A stretch of DNA of 63,878 nucleotides, the filler included, from Hyphochytrium catenoides (taxonomy: Eukaryota; Protista; Hyphochytriomycota), in the NCBI GenBank assembly GCA_900088475.1. It is 10 parts of 10 records of this genome, joined end to end, with 100 filler letters (N's around TTAATTAATTAA, not from the genome) between each part and the next. Parts side by side here need not be neighbours in the genome. Positions count along the whole stretch, not along the records: positions 1 to 11,386 come from FLMG01004031.1; positions 11,487 to 19,597 come from FLMG01003415.1; 8 more parts are not named here. One strand, 5' to 3'. Below the pieces are notes generated by a model, which saw only the letters and a program-made list of their open reading frames with translations, was not told where the DNA came from and made no database searches. Positions 1 to 12,343 of the stretch are shown piece by piece; the stretch's first letter is position 1; the number at the start of each line of letters is the position of its first letter. The translations under genes and the position numbers were made by a program.

Positions 1-345
1 CGGATCTCCCACACCTGGGGGACAGGGAAGGGAAAAGATAAGAAGAGAAGGGTGAGGAGGGAGAAGAGGAAACAGTGATCAAGATAAACAGACAGATGAA
101 GACGTCAGGAGAGAAGCAGACAAGAGCAATGGTAAATGTCAGAGTATAAGAGAGAGAGAAAGAGGGAGAGAAGCAAACAAGAGAGCAAGAAAGAGGAACG
201 GAAGCATTACCTCGCACGGTTCAAACCAGACTGAAGGAGTTTCGTTGGTGATGACGTAGGACTGACGTTGGACCGAAAGAGGAGACATAGAGAGAAAGGG
301 ACATAGAGAGAAAGAGAGAGAGAGAGAGGGAGAAAGAGAGAGGGG

Positions 346-377
<32 letters not shown>

Positions 378-761
378 AANNNNNNNNNNNNNNNNNNNNN
401 NNNNNNNNNNNNNNNNNNNNAGAGAGAGAGAGAGAGAGAAGCGTCATAGTGCAGAGACAGTGGAAGAGTCAGGTCCAGAACGAAGAAACACCTAGGCTGC
501 ACCGCTTTGCGGCTTTCTTCCTCTCTCTGTCACAGGCTGTGCCCCAGCTCTTCTCTCTTCTTACCTTCTGTTTATCGGAGATCTTGGTCTTATATTCCTC
601 TGTCTTTCTCTTATAGAACTCATCGGTGAAGCCGGACATACAGCGACAGACGCTCTCAAGCTCTCCTTTCTCTCGGTTATACGCTGCAAGAAGAAAAGGA
701 GAGAACCAGCCGGCTTTGCGGCCGTTCCCATACCATGCTCCTGAAGAATGAGCGAACGGGG

Positions 762-807
<46 letters not shown>

Positions 808-1391
808 GAGAAGAGTGAGAGAGTGAAAGAGAGAGAGGAGAGAGCTAAGCGACCATGCTTTAGCCACCACCCTTTTTGTGAGCACCGGCTTTGGCTCTCT
901 CTCTCTCTCTCGCAATGTCCCTAGATGCTCTTGGCCCCCTTCCAATCTCTACCTTTCTCTTTTCATTCTCCCTCTTCATTTTTCTCTTTGACTCACCGAT
1001 AGGAACAAGATCAATGGATTCGTGCAGCGTTGCGAGGTAATCTTTCTTCAACTTTAGCCAAGAACCGGTCCGTTTGTCCGCCTCATAGCTACTCTGAGGA
1101 CCATCCAACAGCTGAACATGAAGAAAGAGGAGACAGAGACAGAAGGAAAGAGAAAAAAAGACAGAGAGAGAGAGAGAGAGAGAGAAGAGGGAACGAGAGA
1201 GAAGAGGAAAAGAGAAAAGAGTGGAGGTAAGGAAAAGTCGGTGAGAGTTATGGGTGAGACCTACGAAGAGCGACGATTATCACGAATAGTAGAGAGATGG
1301 TGACGTGGAGATGGAAACCAGCAGGCAGAACAAAGAGAGAGAGGCGAGAGAGGGAAAGAGGAAAGAGCAAAACAAAAAAAATAAAAAAGAA

Positions 1392-1442
<51 letters not shown>

Positions 1443-1898
1443 GAATAACGACTTCCGCCATGTGGAACAGCATAGAAAGGTGAGAAAGAGTGAGACCTTG
1501 CACATCAATCCTTCGCAGTTGTTTTCTATTGACTCTGTGAGGAAGCTGCTAACTAGCCTTTCCGTCTCTTCTTCTGACTTCCCTTCTTTCTCTTCCGTCA
1601 GGGAAGAAGATGGGGTTGGTGAAGTGGAAGGGAGAGAAGAGAGAGAAGATGACGAAGGGCCGATGGCACTGACTTCTAGGCTCGTGGTAAAGGTCAGACA
1701 TCCATCCACGGGCTTGAAAGCCTCCATCAGCCTGGTCGCAAAGTTCACGGCGGGCGGTGGAAGTGAGAGAGAGGGACACACGCAGAGAAGGGGAGAAGAG
1801 GTACAAGGAGAGAAGAAAGAAAAGAGAAGAGCGGTGCGGGTTGGAGGTTGAAAAAAAGGAGAGAGAAGAGCGGGGGGGGGCGGATTGGGGGTGAGACA

Positions 1899-1932
<34 letters not shown>

Positions 1933-2404
1933 CAAAGAGAGAGTGGGGTGAGAGTGTTTCCAGCTTACTTCTTCCTTCTCTCTCTGAAGGGCGCGGTGAG
2001 CAATGGCTCATCGTTCAGCACCATCAGATCAAAGAGAAAGGCGCAGACGGTGATGTCAGATCCCTCTCCTTCCCTCATCTTCTTTGGTCGGTTACTGAGA
2101 GTCTGAAAGGGAAGAATGACGGGAGCTTTCTCTTTATCTCTCCGGTCGACAGCCACCAGCTCAGCATCTACCACGAAAGACATTGTACCGGGAGACAGAG
2201 ACTCCTACCGATTGTGGCAGGAGAGAAAGGGCTTAGTACTGGCCGAGTAACCGGACTAATGCTTGGAAGAGAGAAAGAGAGAGAGAGAGAGAGATGAAGG
2301 GCAGGCATGCTGAGAAAGGGAAATGTGTCGAGGGAGAGACACATTAGAGCCCCACGTGGAGGGCGGTGTCTGCACATTGCTCGCGTCTCTCAGTCTCTCT
2401 CTTT

Positions 2405-2435
<31 letters not shown>

Positions 2436-5400
2436 GCGACCTCCATTCCCCCCAACCACACACACATCTTCTCTCTCTCTTCCTTCCTCTCTATGTCGAT
2501 CTTCCTATTCTGGCTTCTTTTCTCCTCACCAGTATAATGCTGTGAATATCTGCCCACTTCTCCGTGGTCTCGTCCAGTTGCCGACTGTAGACAGAGACCT
2601 GGCCGTCTACCCATCACAATGGAGAGAGAGAAGAGAGACAGACAGAAGAGAAAGAGAGAATCACTGACGCAGAACTGAGAGGAGAGACACATAGTGAGAG
2701 AGAGAGAGACAGGTTTGATGCTTTCTAGGGTTAGAGCACCTACAGACGTGAACATGGATCAAGAAAGAGAGAGCAGAAAAGGCACTCTAAAGCCAAAAAG
2801 AAATGGGAAGGAGGCATCGGGAGCAGCTCCTGGAGCTTCTCACCTCGTCGTCCATGGATCTGCGCACGTTGACTGCAGATAATAACGGAACCAGGGACAT
2901 GGTGAAGAGAGAGGAAGAAAGAAAGAGAGCAGACAGTTAGAAAGAAGTAGAAGGTTAATGTTAATGAATGAAGTCACGAGAATTTAAGCAGCGCTGCAGC
3001 TGGCGAGGGACAGACGGCCGAGCCCAGAGAGGAACGGGTCAAAGAGAACGGGGAGTACGATAAGAGAGAGATGAGAGAGGGCATGTCCGTAGGATCAGAG
3101 AGAGAGAGAGAAGAGCAGATGGGGCTAAGCAGAGAGAGAGAGAGCAAGAAAACGGGAGAGAGTGCAACAAACGCAAAGGCGGCTCACCCATCGTATTTGT
3201 ACTCGCAGAGGAAGGGCTGGTTCTTGAAAGTCTTGAAGAGCTCTTCATAGCCACTGCAAATCTAGAGCAAAGAATAAGGGAGAGAAACACCAGGAGAGGC
3301 AAGAAAGAGAGCTTCCTGCCCCGACAAGTAGAATGCACCAGCAGCAAATCGTCCTTGGATACCAGGGTGATGATTATAATAGAGAAAACTCTCCTCTTGT
3401 TCTCTCCCAGAGGATGAGGAATCTGCCCATGCTCCGCGTCATAACTGCACCAATTCCATACTTCGGCATCCAGTCTCTCTCTTTTTCTCTCCGCGTTTCT
3501 CTATCTCTGTCTCTCTCTCTCTGTCTCTTTCTCTCTCCCCTCTCTTTGCCTCACCTTTCCGCACATTGGCTTGATAGGCACTCCGACTGTAGGTTGAGAG
3601 CGCTGAGCGAGAAGCTCCACTCCGCCCTCCAGCATTGGGGGAACCACTAGGAAGAGACTGGGAGAGAGAGAGAAACTCTCTTTTACGCTCTCTTGCGCCT
3701 TGCTTAAGAGCGCTTCCACCTGTTGAGGGAGAAGCGGGATCCTGGGAGAGCCGGAAGCTGCGGGAAAAGGATAAGAGAAAGGGCGATAAGAAGAAGGGAA
3801 AGATGAACCAGGGAGAATGGCAGTGGCAAGACGTGGGGAGCAGAGAGAATTGAGCGGTAGAGAGATAGGAGAAGCCATTTAGCCGAACCAAAAGGAATAT
3901 TGGGGTAGAGAAAAAGTATAGCCAAACTCTCTCTCTCTCTGTCTGCCATTCTAATACGTCCCTTTCTCTCTTTCTCTCTCTCTTTGTCTCTTTCTCTCTC
4001 ACTCTGTCTCCCTCTCTCTCCCTCTCTCTCTCTCTTCTGCCTACCTTTGGCATCCTGCTCAAGTCTATGGTAGGTGACAGCCCGCGCTAAGGCATAGAGA
4101 GAACTTAGCACTGTCGCGCCAATCCGCAGGTGAGCCACCAAGGCGCGCACCAAGTATCTGAGGAAGAGTTAGTGGGATGTATGGGCTGGACGAGGAAAAG
4201 AAGAGAGAGAAAGGAAGAGGAGTATGAAAGAGAGAGGAAAGGGAGAATAGACGTCAAGAAAGTCGTAGCTTCCAGGCCCAAAGCTACGGCAGCTCATAAG
4301 AAGGAGACTGAGAGAGTGAAGCCACCGATGGATGGTCTCTTCTACCGCTTTATCGGGAAAAAATAGCTAAAAGTTGAGGAGGACAGGGTAATATGAAAGC
4401 AAAGGAAAGAGAGAGATTGAGAGAGAAAGAGGGAGAGAGAGATGACGAAGATGAAGGGAGCTAAGGGAGAGACAGAGGATAAGCAAGCTGGGCAAGAGGC
4501 TTACTGACTTTGTCTCTTGCGGCTGGCAAGCCCTAAGAAGCCCTACAATCATCTTCTTCTTTCTCTCATTACTTCCTTGGCCTTTCTCCTTGGCAATCTT
4601 CTCCATTGTCTCCACCACGTGGCCAATCCCTAGCGGCCCTTTGGCGCCGTTTCCTCTTGTCTTCCCGCTCGGAAGAGAGAAGGAAGAAATAGTGGACTGG
4701 CTCTGTTTGCAGGCCGCAGCAACATCACCTGTTGAAGGAAAGGGGATCAGAGAGAGAATAGAGGTCAAGAGATATTATACGGTGGCAGGAGAAGGAGAGA
4801 ACGAGAGAGAAGAAAGGAGAGCGAGCGAGGGAGAGAGCCGAAAAGAGAGAGCAACAGAAAGGGAGAGAAAAGATTGAGAAACGGAGTGGCACATTTAAAA
4901 GGGCTGAGGCTCTTCCTGGAAGAGAGATAGACCATTCCACGGACCAAAACGTGACAAGAAAGGAAAAGAGAGAAGAAGGAAAGCAAAAGGGGAGAGAGGA
5001 AGACAAGAGAGACTCACCAATGTCTCCCATCTCTCTGTACAAATTCCTCAGGTGGGTGGCAGAGGCTCCTGTTGCCTCTCTAATAGCGGCAGAGATGAGA
5101 GACCCTCCGATCCCGCTCTGTAGAGAGAGGTAAGAGTGACCATGAGGATCAGAGAGAAGAGAGAAGAGAGAGAGATCGAAAGGGATAAAGAGCAACCACT
5201 AGCATTGCCATGGGAAGCACAGAGAGAGAGAGAATATAGTCGCATAAAGAGAGCAACAGAGAGAGGAGAGAGAGATAGAAGGAAGGAACAAGAGGGAGAG
5301 AAAGTGAGAGACAGAGACACATAGAAGAGAGAGAGACAGAGAGCGAGAGAGAGACACTCTCATGAGACCTGTTGAGGAATGGCAGCGTTGGCGCAGAGGA

Positions 5401-5980
5401 GAACGGCAGGGAGAACGTCTTCAGGACTACGAGCCTTATTTGAAGAGAGAGACACCGAGTCAGAGCCCGCTCTACAGAGAGAACAGCAGGCGGGACAGAG
5501 GGAAGAGACAAGAGGATGTAGCGAAGGAAAGGCAATAAAGAAGAGAATGGATGGAGAGAGATGGGGACAAGAGACGGAACCTGAAGAGAGTGGGAAAATG
5601 CGAGAGAAGAAATGGATAGATATCTAAAAAATGAGGGTTGACACAGGGAGAGAGGCGCTGGAGCCTGGAGGGAGGAGAGAGAGGGAGAATCGTAGAGAGG
5701 TGCACGGAATGGTGCATGATATCGTACGATTAGCGTCCTGAACAGGTTGGTGAGAATGAGAGTGATGGATAGTCTCTTCGTCGTTCCCAGCAGAAGATCA
5801 AAGGCGGCCGTTAGGCAAGCTGTGGCGGAGAGAGAAGAGAGAGAAAGTCAAGAGAGTACGTTCCTGAACCAGAACAAAGGAGGCAAGGGGCCTCGTGGAG
5901 GATGGGAAGAAAGAGTGACGTACATGAAAAGAGAAACACAGAGGCAACGAAGAGAAATAAAAGAGGGAGAGAGAGAGAGG

Positions 5981-6027
<47 letters not shown>

Positions 6028-8182
6028 TGCATATAGAGGAGAGATCGCAATAGCTGGGAAACAACCTAAACCGAAAAGAGTAGACAATGATAATGGGAGA
6101 CTGAAGAGTAGGAAAAGAACGAGGGACGGGAAAGAGAAAGGAATGGAAGAAAGTCTAAGTCCGTCTCTCTACCGAATGGCGCTCGTTCTCCCACTTTCCA
6201 GTGGTTCCAGCCCTTTAAGGGGTCAAACTTCTGAAGAGGAAGCTGGAAGTCGAGTTCTCCTCTCGCACTCTCTTCTTCAACGCCTCTCTCCATCTGCTCT
6301 TTCCTCTCTTTCTCTCCTTCCCCATCCGCTTTCTCTCTCTTGGCTTCTCTCTTTTCCGGGGAGAGAAGAGGCGCAGTCTGTGGGGAAGAGAGAGAGGAGA
6401 AAGCCACAGGAGCACTTTCTCTTTCTGAAAAGGAAGACCGAAGAGGTGGCACTGCAATCTCCTCTCCCTTCCCTGCTTGTGTTTCTCCTTCCTCACTTTT
6501 AATTTCTTGCGCCTCCTCTCCCATATTTCCTCTCTCCTGGAGAGAGAGAGAAGTCTCCGGTTTCTCTCTCTCTTCGGAAATGGTGAACAGAGCTTGGGGC
6601 TTGAGTCTTCCCTCTCTTTTTTCTTTCCCCTTATCCGTTCTGTCTCCCATCTTCTGAGGTGTCTCTCTTTCCTCTCTCTCTCTTCTTCCATCTCTTCTAT
6701 CTTCCTTGAATTTTAGCTGCGTCTCTCCCAAGGAGAGAGTGAAAGAGGGAGAAGAGTTGGAAGAAGAGAGAGAAAGAGGAGAAGAGACCGGGGGAGGAGA
6801 GGACCGGGAGCCAAAAAAAGAGGTGATGTGCTGCTGTTTGAGGGGAGAAGGAGAGAGCGAGGACGGAGGAAGCTTTCTCTTTCTCGTTGGTTTGTTGGCT
6901 GTCTCCGCCTTCTTCGCTTTTTTTCCGGCCCCAGCCTTGTCTTTACCTCGTTTGGCTTCTCTCTCTCTTTCTTCCGAATCTGTTGTCTCTTCTTCCTTGT
7001 CCTCTCTTCTTTCGTCCCCTTCCGCTGCCCTAGGCCGAGACCTTTGCCGCAGGACAGAGGAAGAGAGTGACGGGATGCTGGTGTTCTCTCTCTCTTGTTG
7101 AAGAAAGAAGGACTCTGGGAGGAAGAAGGGTCACAATTGAGAGAGAGAGAGAGAGAGAGAGAAAAGAGGTGAGAGAAAAGTAATGGAGACTATATTTTGC
7201 CCAGCATAAAGCAGGGAACGGGGGCTTTCACAAGAGAATAATTAGAGAGAAGAGAGTGGTATAAGAGAGACAGCTACAGAGAATAGAAACCGCTATAGAT
7301 GTATTCATAGAGAAGAGAGAAAGAGAGAGAGAGAGAAGAGAGACCGGAAGAACTATATGGTCGACGAGGAGAAGGCGAGAAAAGCAAGAGCAAGAGAGTG
7401 CAGAGAGGGGGAAGACAGAGAAAGAGGGACGGAGCGAGGAAGAGAGAGTGACGGGGAATCGCCAAAAAGAGGAAAAAGACAGAGAGAGAGAGAGGGGGGG
7501 GGGGAGGAAGAAGAAGATAGAAGCGGAGTATCACAGAGAGACGGGAGCAGGGAACAGAGAGAGAGAAGCATGGAAACAAAGAGAGAAAGAGAGAGAGCAA
7601 AAGAGGGAGAGGGAGAGAGAAAGACCTGCAGCTTGTTGGATGTTCCATTCTGAGGCCTCCAGCTGCAGTTCTGCCTCGACCTTTCCAAGCCCCGTCAGGA
7701 GCATCAGCTGGTCAACTGCCTCTTCTTTCTCTTCTTCTCTCTTTCCGTCTCTCTCCATCTCTCTCTCTCTATCAACTTTGGCTTCCGAAGCCCTTCCTGT
7801 CAACCCTTCTCCAGCCATTTCTCTCTCTCGATCCTGTTCTCTCTTCGTTATTTCTCTTCCTCCCTGCTCTGGATGTGAGAGGACTGAGAAAAGAGGACGT
7901 CAGCCTATAGACTTGAGTCAATGAAGGGAGGAGAGAGAGAGAGAGACAGAGAGAGAGAGAGAGACAGAGTGAGAGAGACGCAGCAACGAAAGAGAAAAGG
8001 AGCGCAGATCAGAACAAGAGAACGAGAGGCGGAGCGAGACGGAAAAGAGAGATGGAGACGGAGAGAGAGAGAGAAGCACCTTCGATATCGGAGTCAAGTT
8101 CCTCTGTCTGTTTATCTCCAGTGCTGCGTCGACTTGTTGCTTCTCTCTTCTCTTCCGTCATCGCGTTCTCTTCTTCTGCCAT
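1..8182 (-). CDS. ATP-dependent DNA ligase, LIG1/LIG6 family (LIG6-like); about 19 exons visible, 3' end runs off the window
   Basis: Hand-spliced GT-AG exons give MAEEENAM..., UBA-like QLMLLTGLGKVEAELQLEASEWNIQQAAESFF, PIP box QQHITSFF (~6813-6836), and the DNA-binding domain (LPLQKFDPLKGWNHWKVGERAPFACLTAAF; SPEDVLPAVLLC; GIGGSLISAAI; LRIG). Then PIKPMCGK, motif I CEYKYDG|QRAQIH (~3189-3210, 2844-2876), motif III VVDAELVAVD, IIIa FLFDLMVLN, IV CEGLMCK, V WLKLKKDY, and the OB domain (DLVPIGAWYGNGRKAGWFSPFLLA; CRCMSGFTDEFY; WFEPCEVWEIR). Confidence 0.95.
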
Positions 8183-8497
8183 TGAAAGGAAAGACCTCTT
8201 CTCTCTATTACTCGTCTGGATTCTCAGTGTCAGAGTCAGAGGCACTGCGAGGACCCTAGTTAAAGAGGGGGAGAAAGAGAGAGAGAGCTAGAAGAGAGAG
8301 GGAGAGAAATAAGAGAGAGAGAGAGATCCACCTCAAAGGAAAAAGACAGCGATCTACAACGGAAAAGCCATTTAGCAAGGGTGTCAACCTTGTACCATAA
8401 GATCCATAAGATAGAGAGGGAGGAGTAACGAGAGAGAGAGAGCGCGAGAGAGAGACAGCGAGAGAGAGACAGCGAGAGAGAGAGAGAGCCGCGCGGG

Positions 8498-8541
<44 letters not shown>

Positions 8542-9357
8542 CACAGCATCTCTGGAGGGACTAGAAGAGGAAGCGCAATGATGTCAGAGGATCAGAAGCC
8601 GCGCGAATCCAAGAGCAGCGATGATCGCGGGCCCCGATCCAAGATATAGTTACAACATATTTGAGCTGGAGACCAACTTACAAAGCCTTATTTGAAATAA
8701 CGCTGAGAGGAAGTTTCAGAGAGGGAAGAGACATTCACAGGAGAGACTGTTCGCTTTTCTTTCTCTCTCTCTCTCTCTCTTCTCCCCTCCCCGGTCTTCA
8801 AGGCCATCTTTCTCTCTCTCTCTCCCTCCCTACCTCTCTAAGGCCATCTTTCTCTCTCTCTCTCTCCATCATTCCTCAGTCTGATGACCCTTCTGCCACC
8901 TTTCTCTCTCTACGTCTATAGTGGGTGGTACTTACCATTCTTGTTGTCTGTCCTATCACTGTCGTTGGGCAAAGAAGCTAAGCTATTAAGAAGCATCAGC
9001 AAGAGAGAGAGAACAAGGCATGGACAGAGCTACTCTCTGTACGCACCTACATGTGTCCACAGAGGGGACAGCGTGCTGACCAGAAGGAAAGGAAAAGGAG
9101 AGAAGAAGCTTGGTCGGGAGAGAGAGAGCGAGAGAGAGCCAATAGAATGCCTTGTCAAACTGACTTAAAACTTAATAGCAAGAGCGGTTGCTGGAGCTCT
9201 TTAGCTGTCCGTATGCTGATTCTCCTAGGATTAGCTCTACCTGAACCCCCTATTGGCCACTGGCCTACTAATCCCTCTCTCTCTTCTTTTCTCTCTCTCC
9301 CTCTCCATATATTCATATCTAGGTTCTTTCCTACAAGATATGTCTCTGCCTTATAGT

Positions 9358-11071
9358 CTACTCATGTCCTCCGCCTACGCTGCCAGGCATAGCAACCTGA
9401 GCGGTAGCGAGAGAAGAGACCTCGTCGGTCACAGGAGAGAAGAGAAGACGCTTGCCGGTTGGGCTCTCTCTGAAGCGGTAGAAGAAGCGGCAAGCAAGAG
9501 AGCGGATTGGAGGGGAAGTGAGGGCAAGGAGAAGGACAAAGAAAGAGATGCTGCCAAGGAATAGAGCGACGCCCACCAGGAGTGGGACCCACAGGGGAGA
9601 GGTGAAGAGAGCAGAGAGAGACACCGGCACAATCCAGAGAGGGAATGTGAACAGAGTGATCAGTCCTGCAGGGATCAGGAAAGCGAGAGCGAGGCCGATG
9701 AGAGCGAAAAGCACTGCCAGGCCGGTGGCGGCAGAGGTGAAGAGAATCTTCCTGTTGCTGACCACATACTTGGCGCCCTGCGCAGCGGGCCTGAAGAGAT
9801 AGACGGACGAGACACGAGAGAGAGAGAAGCAGCGCATTATGTGAGTTTCGGGCAGCAGAAGAGAGACAAGGAGCACATCGGGCAGACCTAATAGACCAAG
9901 AAAGAGAGCCGCAAAAGATTCAAAACGACATGAAGAAGGCGTGGGAAAGACAGAACCTTTGCCACTTTCAGCTCTCTCTCTCTCTCTCCCTCACTATCTT
10001 ACCCCTTAACATAGCCCCAGGTGTATAGCAGCATAAGGTTTCTGACTCCAATCAGACGATCGACGAGCGCATCCCGTAGATCAAAGATCACGCCAAGCTT
10101 GCCTACGAACAGACACAAAGGTTAGGAAAGGAAACAATGTGGCTCTCTCTTCAACGTGTGGCTTCTCTCTCGCGCTGAGAAGCCACCTTATATGCTCTTT
10201 TCCGCTTATCCTCCTCCAAACCGATCACTAGGAACCCTTCGAAGCCCTACTCTCTCTCTCTCTCTCTCTCTTTCTGTGTCTGTCTCTCTTTGTCCAGCTT
10301 ACCAATGAGGCGAACAGGGGCGCGGAGAGGAGGAAGAAAAGTGACGTTAAGCTTCACTTCTCCTCTTGGAGCCTTAGCTGCTCCTGAGTCCTTCAAACGG
10401 ACCAAGACAGTGGCTGCCTCGGGATTGTCGAAGCCTTGAGGACACAAAGACGATTAGGCGTCACATGAGCGAAAGAAGCGAGACAGAGACGAAGAGATGT
10501 ATTCTAAATGACGTATGTAAGCCAGATAGAGACGGATATTGGAAAAGAGAGCGGGCACTTACGGGCATCGCTGAGGATCTTGCTAATGTCCACAGTGTTG
10601 CTTCCTAGCACCTCATCAGGCGCTCCATCCTTCTTCTCCCAGACCTGGACCGAGATGGTTGCCTTCTCTCCTCTCTCTACTCCTCCATAGTGAATTAGCA
10701 TCTTGCTGCCCTCTTCTTCCTTGAACTTGTGGGTGGAGAGAGTCGTCTTGACGGGAAGAGAGCTTGCAACACCTCCATCCTTGCTGCCAACCCTGATGGT
10801 GACTGACGAGCCAGACAAGAAGGAGGAGAGACAAGTGAGCAAGGTGGAGATGTGGGTTTTCGGAGACGAGAATCTTGTTCCAGACGAAGGCACGGGAAGA
10901 CCCCGTCCATGACAGAAGAGGAATAACGAAAGGAGAGACGTCCTCTTTAATAGTCGTCTTTAGGAAAGACTTACCATAGAACTTCTCTCTCTGTACCTCG
11001 GGAGCAACAGGAAGGTTAGTCACTTCAAGCAGCTCGAACTGCAGGGACGCGGGCTGGTGGAGCTGGACCAT
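9358..11071 (-). CDS. C2-domain protein with C-terminal oleosin-like hydrophobic hairpin (putative lipid-droplet protein), 5 exons
   Basis: Exons ~11071-10975, 10802-10563, 10434-10303, 10102-10003 and 9790-9358 join in frame via GT-AG introns. The N-terminal half has a C2 pattern (LQFELLEVTNLP; FYVTIRVG; ISVQVWEKK...DEVLGSNTVDISKI; RGEVKLNVTF). The C-terminal half has 81 consecutive uncharged residues containing FPLWIVP and TSPLWVP. Confidence 0.75.
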
Positions 11072-11386
11072 CTAGATGGTGGGGAACGAATAGAATATCT
11101 GTCATTACAACGGCCTTGTTCTACTCTCGGTGGAGATGCCATATATCCCTTGTGCTTTGCGTCTATGGCAATACTGTCCGTGATGTTGTTACAAATGCTA
11201 GAGATGGGGTCTCTCCTCTCTCTCTTTTCCTCTATCTCTCCTTCGCGCTGCGCACATCCTGGCGCGGTCTCAGCCTTTTTACGCCTACGATCTCGGTTCT
11301 TACCTTTTGCTTGGGATGTGGCGGCAGGTCAGCGATTGTTCTTGATCTGAGGCTGGGCTGGGAACTTCGGAACTGGAACTTCCTTT

Positions 11387-11486
11387 NNNNNNNNNNNNNN
11401 NNNNNNNNNNNNNNNNNNNNNNNNNNNNNNTTAATTAATTAANNNNNNNNNNNNNNNNNNNNNNNNNNNNNNNNNNNNNNNNNNNN
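11387..11486. other. Artificial scaffold spacer (N-run, TTAATTAATTAA, N-run); first of nine. Others at 19598-19697, 41726-41825, 43920-44019, 46314-46413, 51739-51838, 54238-54337, 56286-56385, 62304-62403
   Basis: The same 100-nt N-flanked six-frame-stop linker recurs nine times, and genes are truncated at these points. Confidence 0.97.
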
Positions 11487-11503
11487 CACCGCTCCATTCT
11501 CAC

Positions 11504-12013
11504 TTACTTTCATAGCAATAGTAGACAAGGATATAGTAGTTTCCCGTCATTGTATACGTTGCCCATACAATTTGCCCGGTCCAGCTCCTCACGTCGAGCC
11601 AGAGCTGCTGCACTGTGAAGCCCTTCAGCTCAAGAGAGAGAGAGGGAGAGAGAAGGAGAAGAAGAACAGAGAGAGAATGGAGAAAGACAACTAGGAAAGA
11701 GGCGGTCTTGAGCTTGGTCCAATCCTCCTTCTTCAGGAAAAAAGGATAGGAAAAGGCCGTGATAATATGATAGGGCAGGTGGATGGTGAGGAGCGCCAAA
11801 GTGAGCTAGAGAGAGAGTGTGTGCGTGTGTGAGAGAGAGAGAGAGAGAGAAGGAGAAAGAGAGAGAGGAGAGAGATGCAGTTAATTGAGCAAGACGGGGG
11901 AGAGAGGGAACGTATGAGAGAGAGACACACACAGATATCAGAAAACCCGCGGAGAGGACATCATATTAGTGACACAAGGAGAGAAATATGCATGGACAGC
12001 GCAAAAGAGACAA

Positions 12014-12044
<31 letters not shown>

Positions 12045-12277
12045 CAGAGAGAAGGAGAGAGAGAGAACTATAAAGTGACCTCTATAGAGACGGATGGGTA
12101 GATAGACGGTGAATAGATAGAGAGAACGGTGAGAGAGACAGATAGGGAGATAAGCAATGCGAGAGAAGAGCGAAAGGGAGTGCGATAGACAGCTTAACCA
12201 GAGCGAGAGAAAGCTAGAGGCCTAGAAACGAGGGGGCAGAGGGAGACAGCCCAGAGCAGAGAGAGCTGGTAAAAAGA

Positions 12278-12343
<66 letters not shown>

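Noticed and set aside
139-9356. Dozens of ORFs rich in SLSLSL or RERERE
   Set aside because: Translations of (CT)n/(GA)n tracts, which contain no stops; most overlap introns or the antisense strand of real genes.
11431-11442. Recurrent TTAATTAATTAA palindrome as a biological motif
   Set aside because: Always centred in a 100-nt N block; it is an artificial contig linker.
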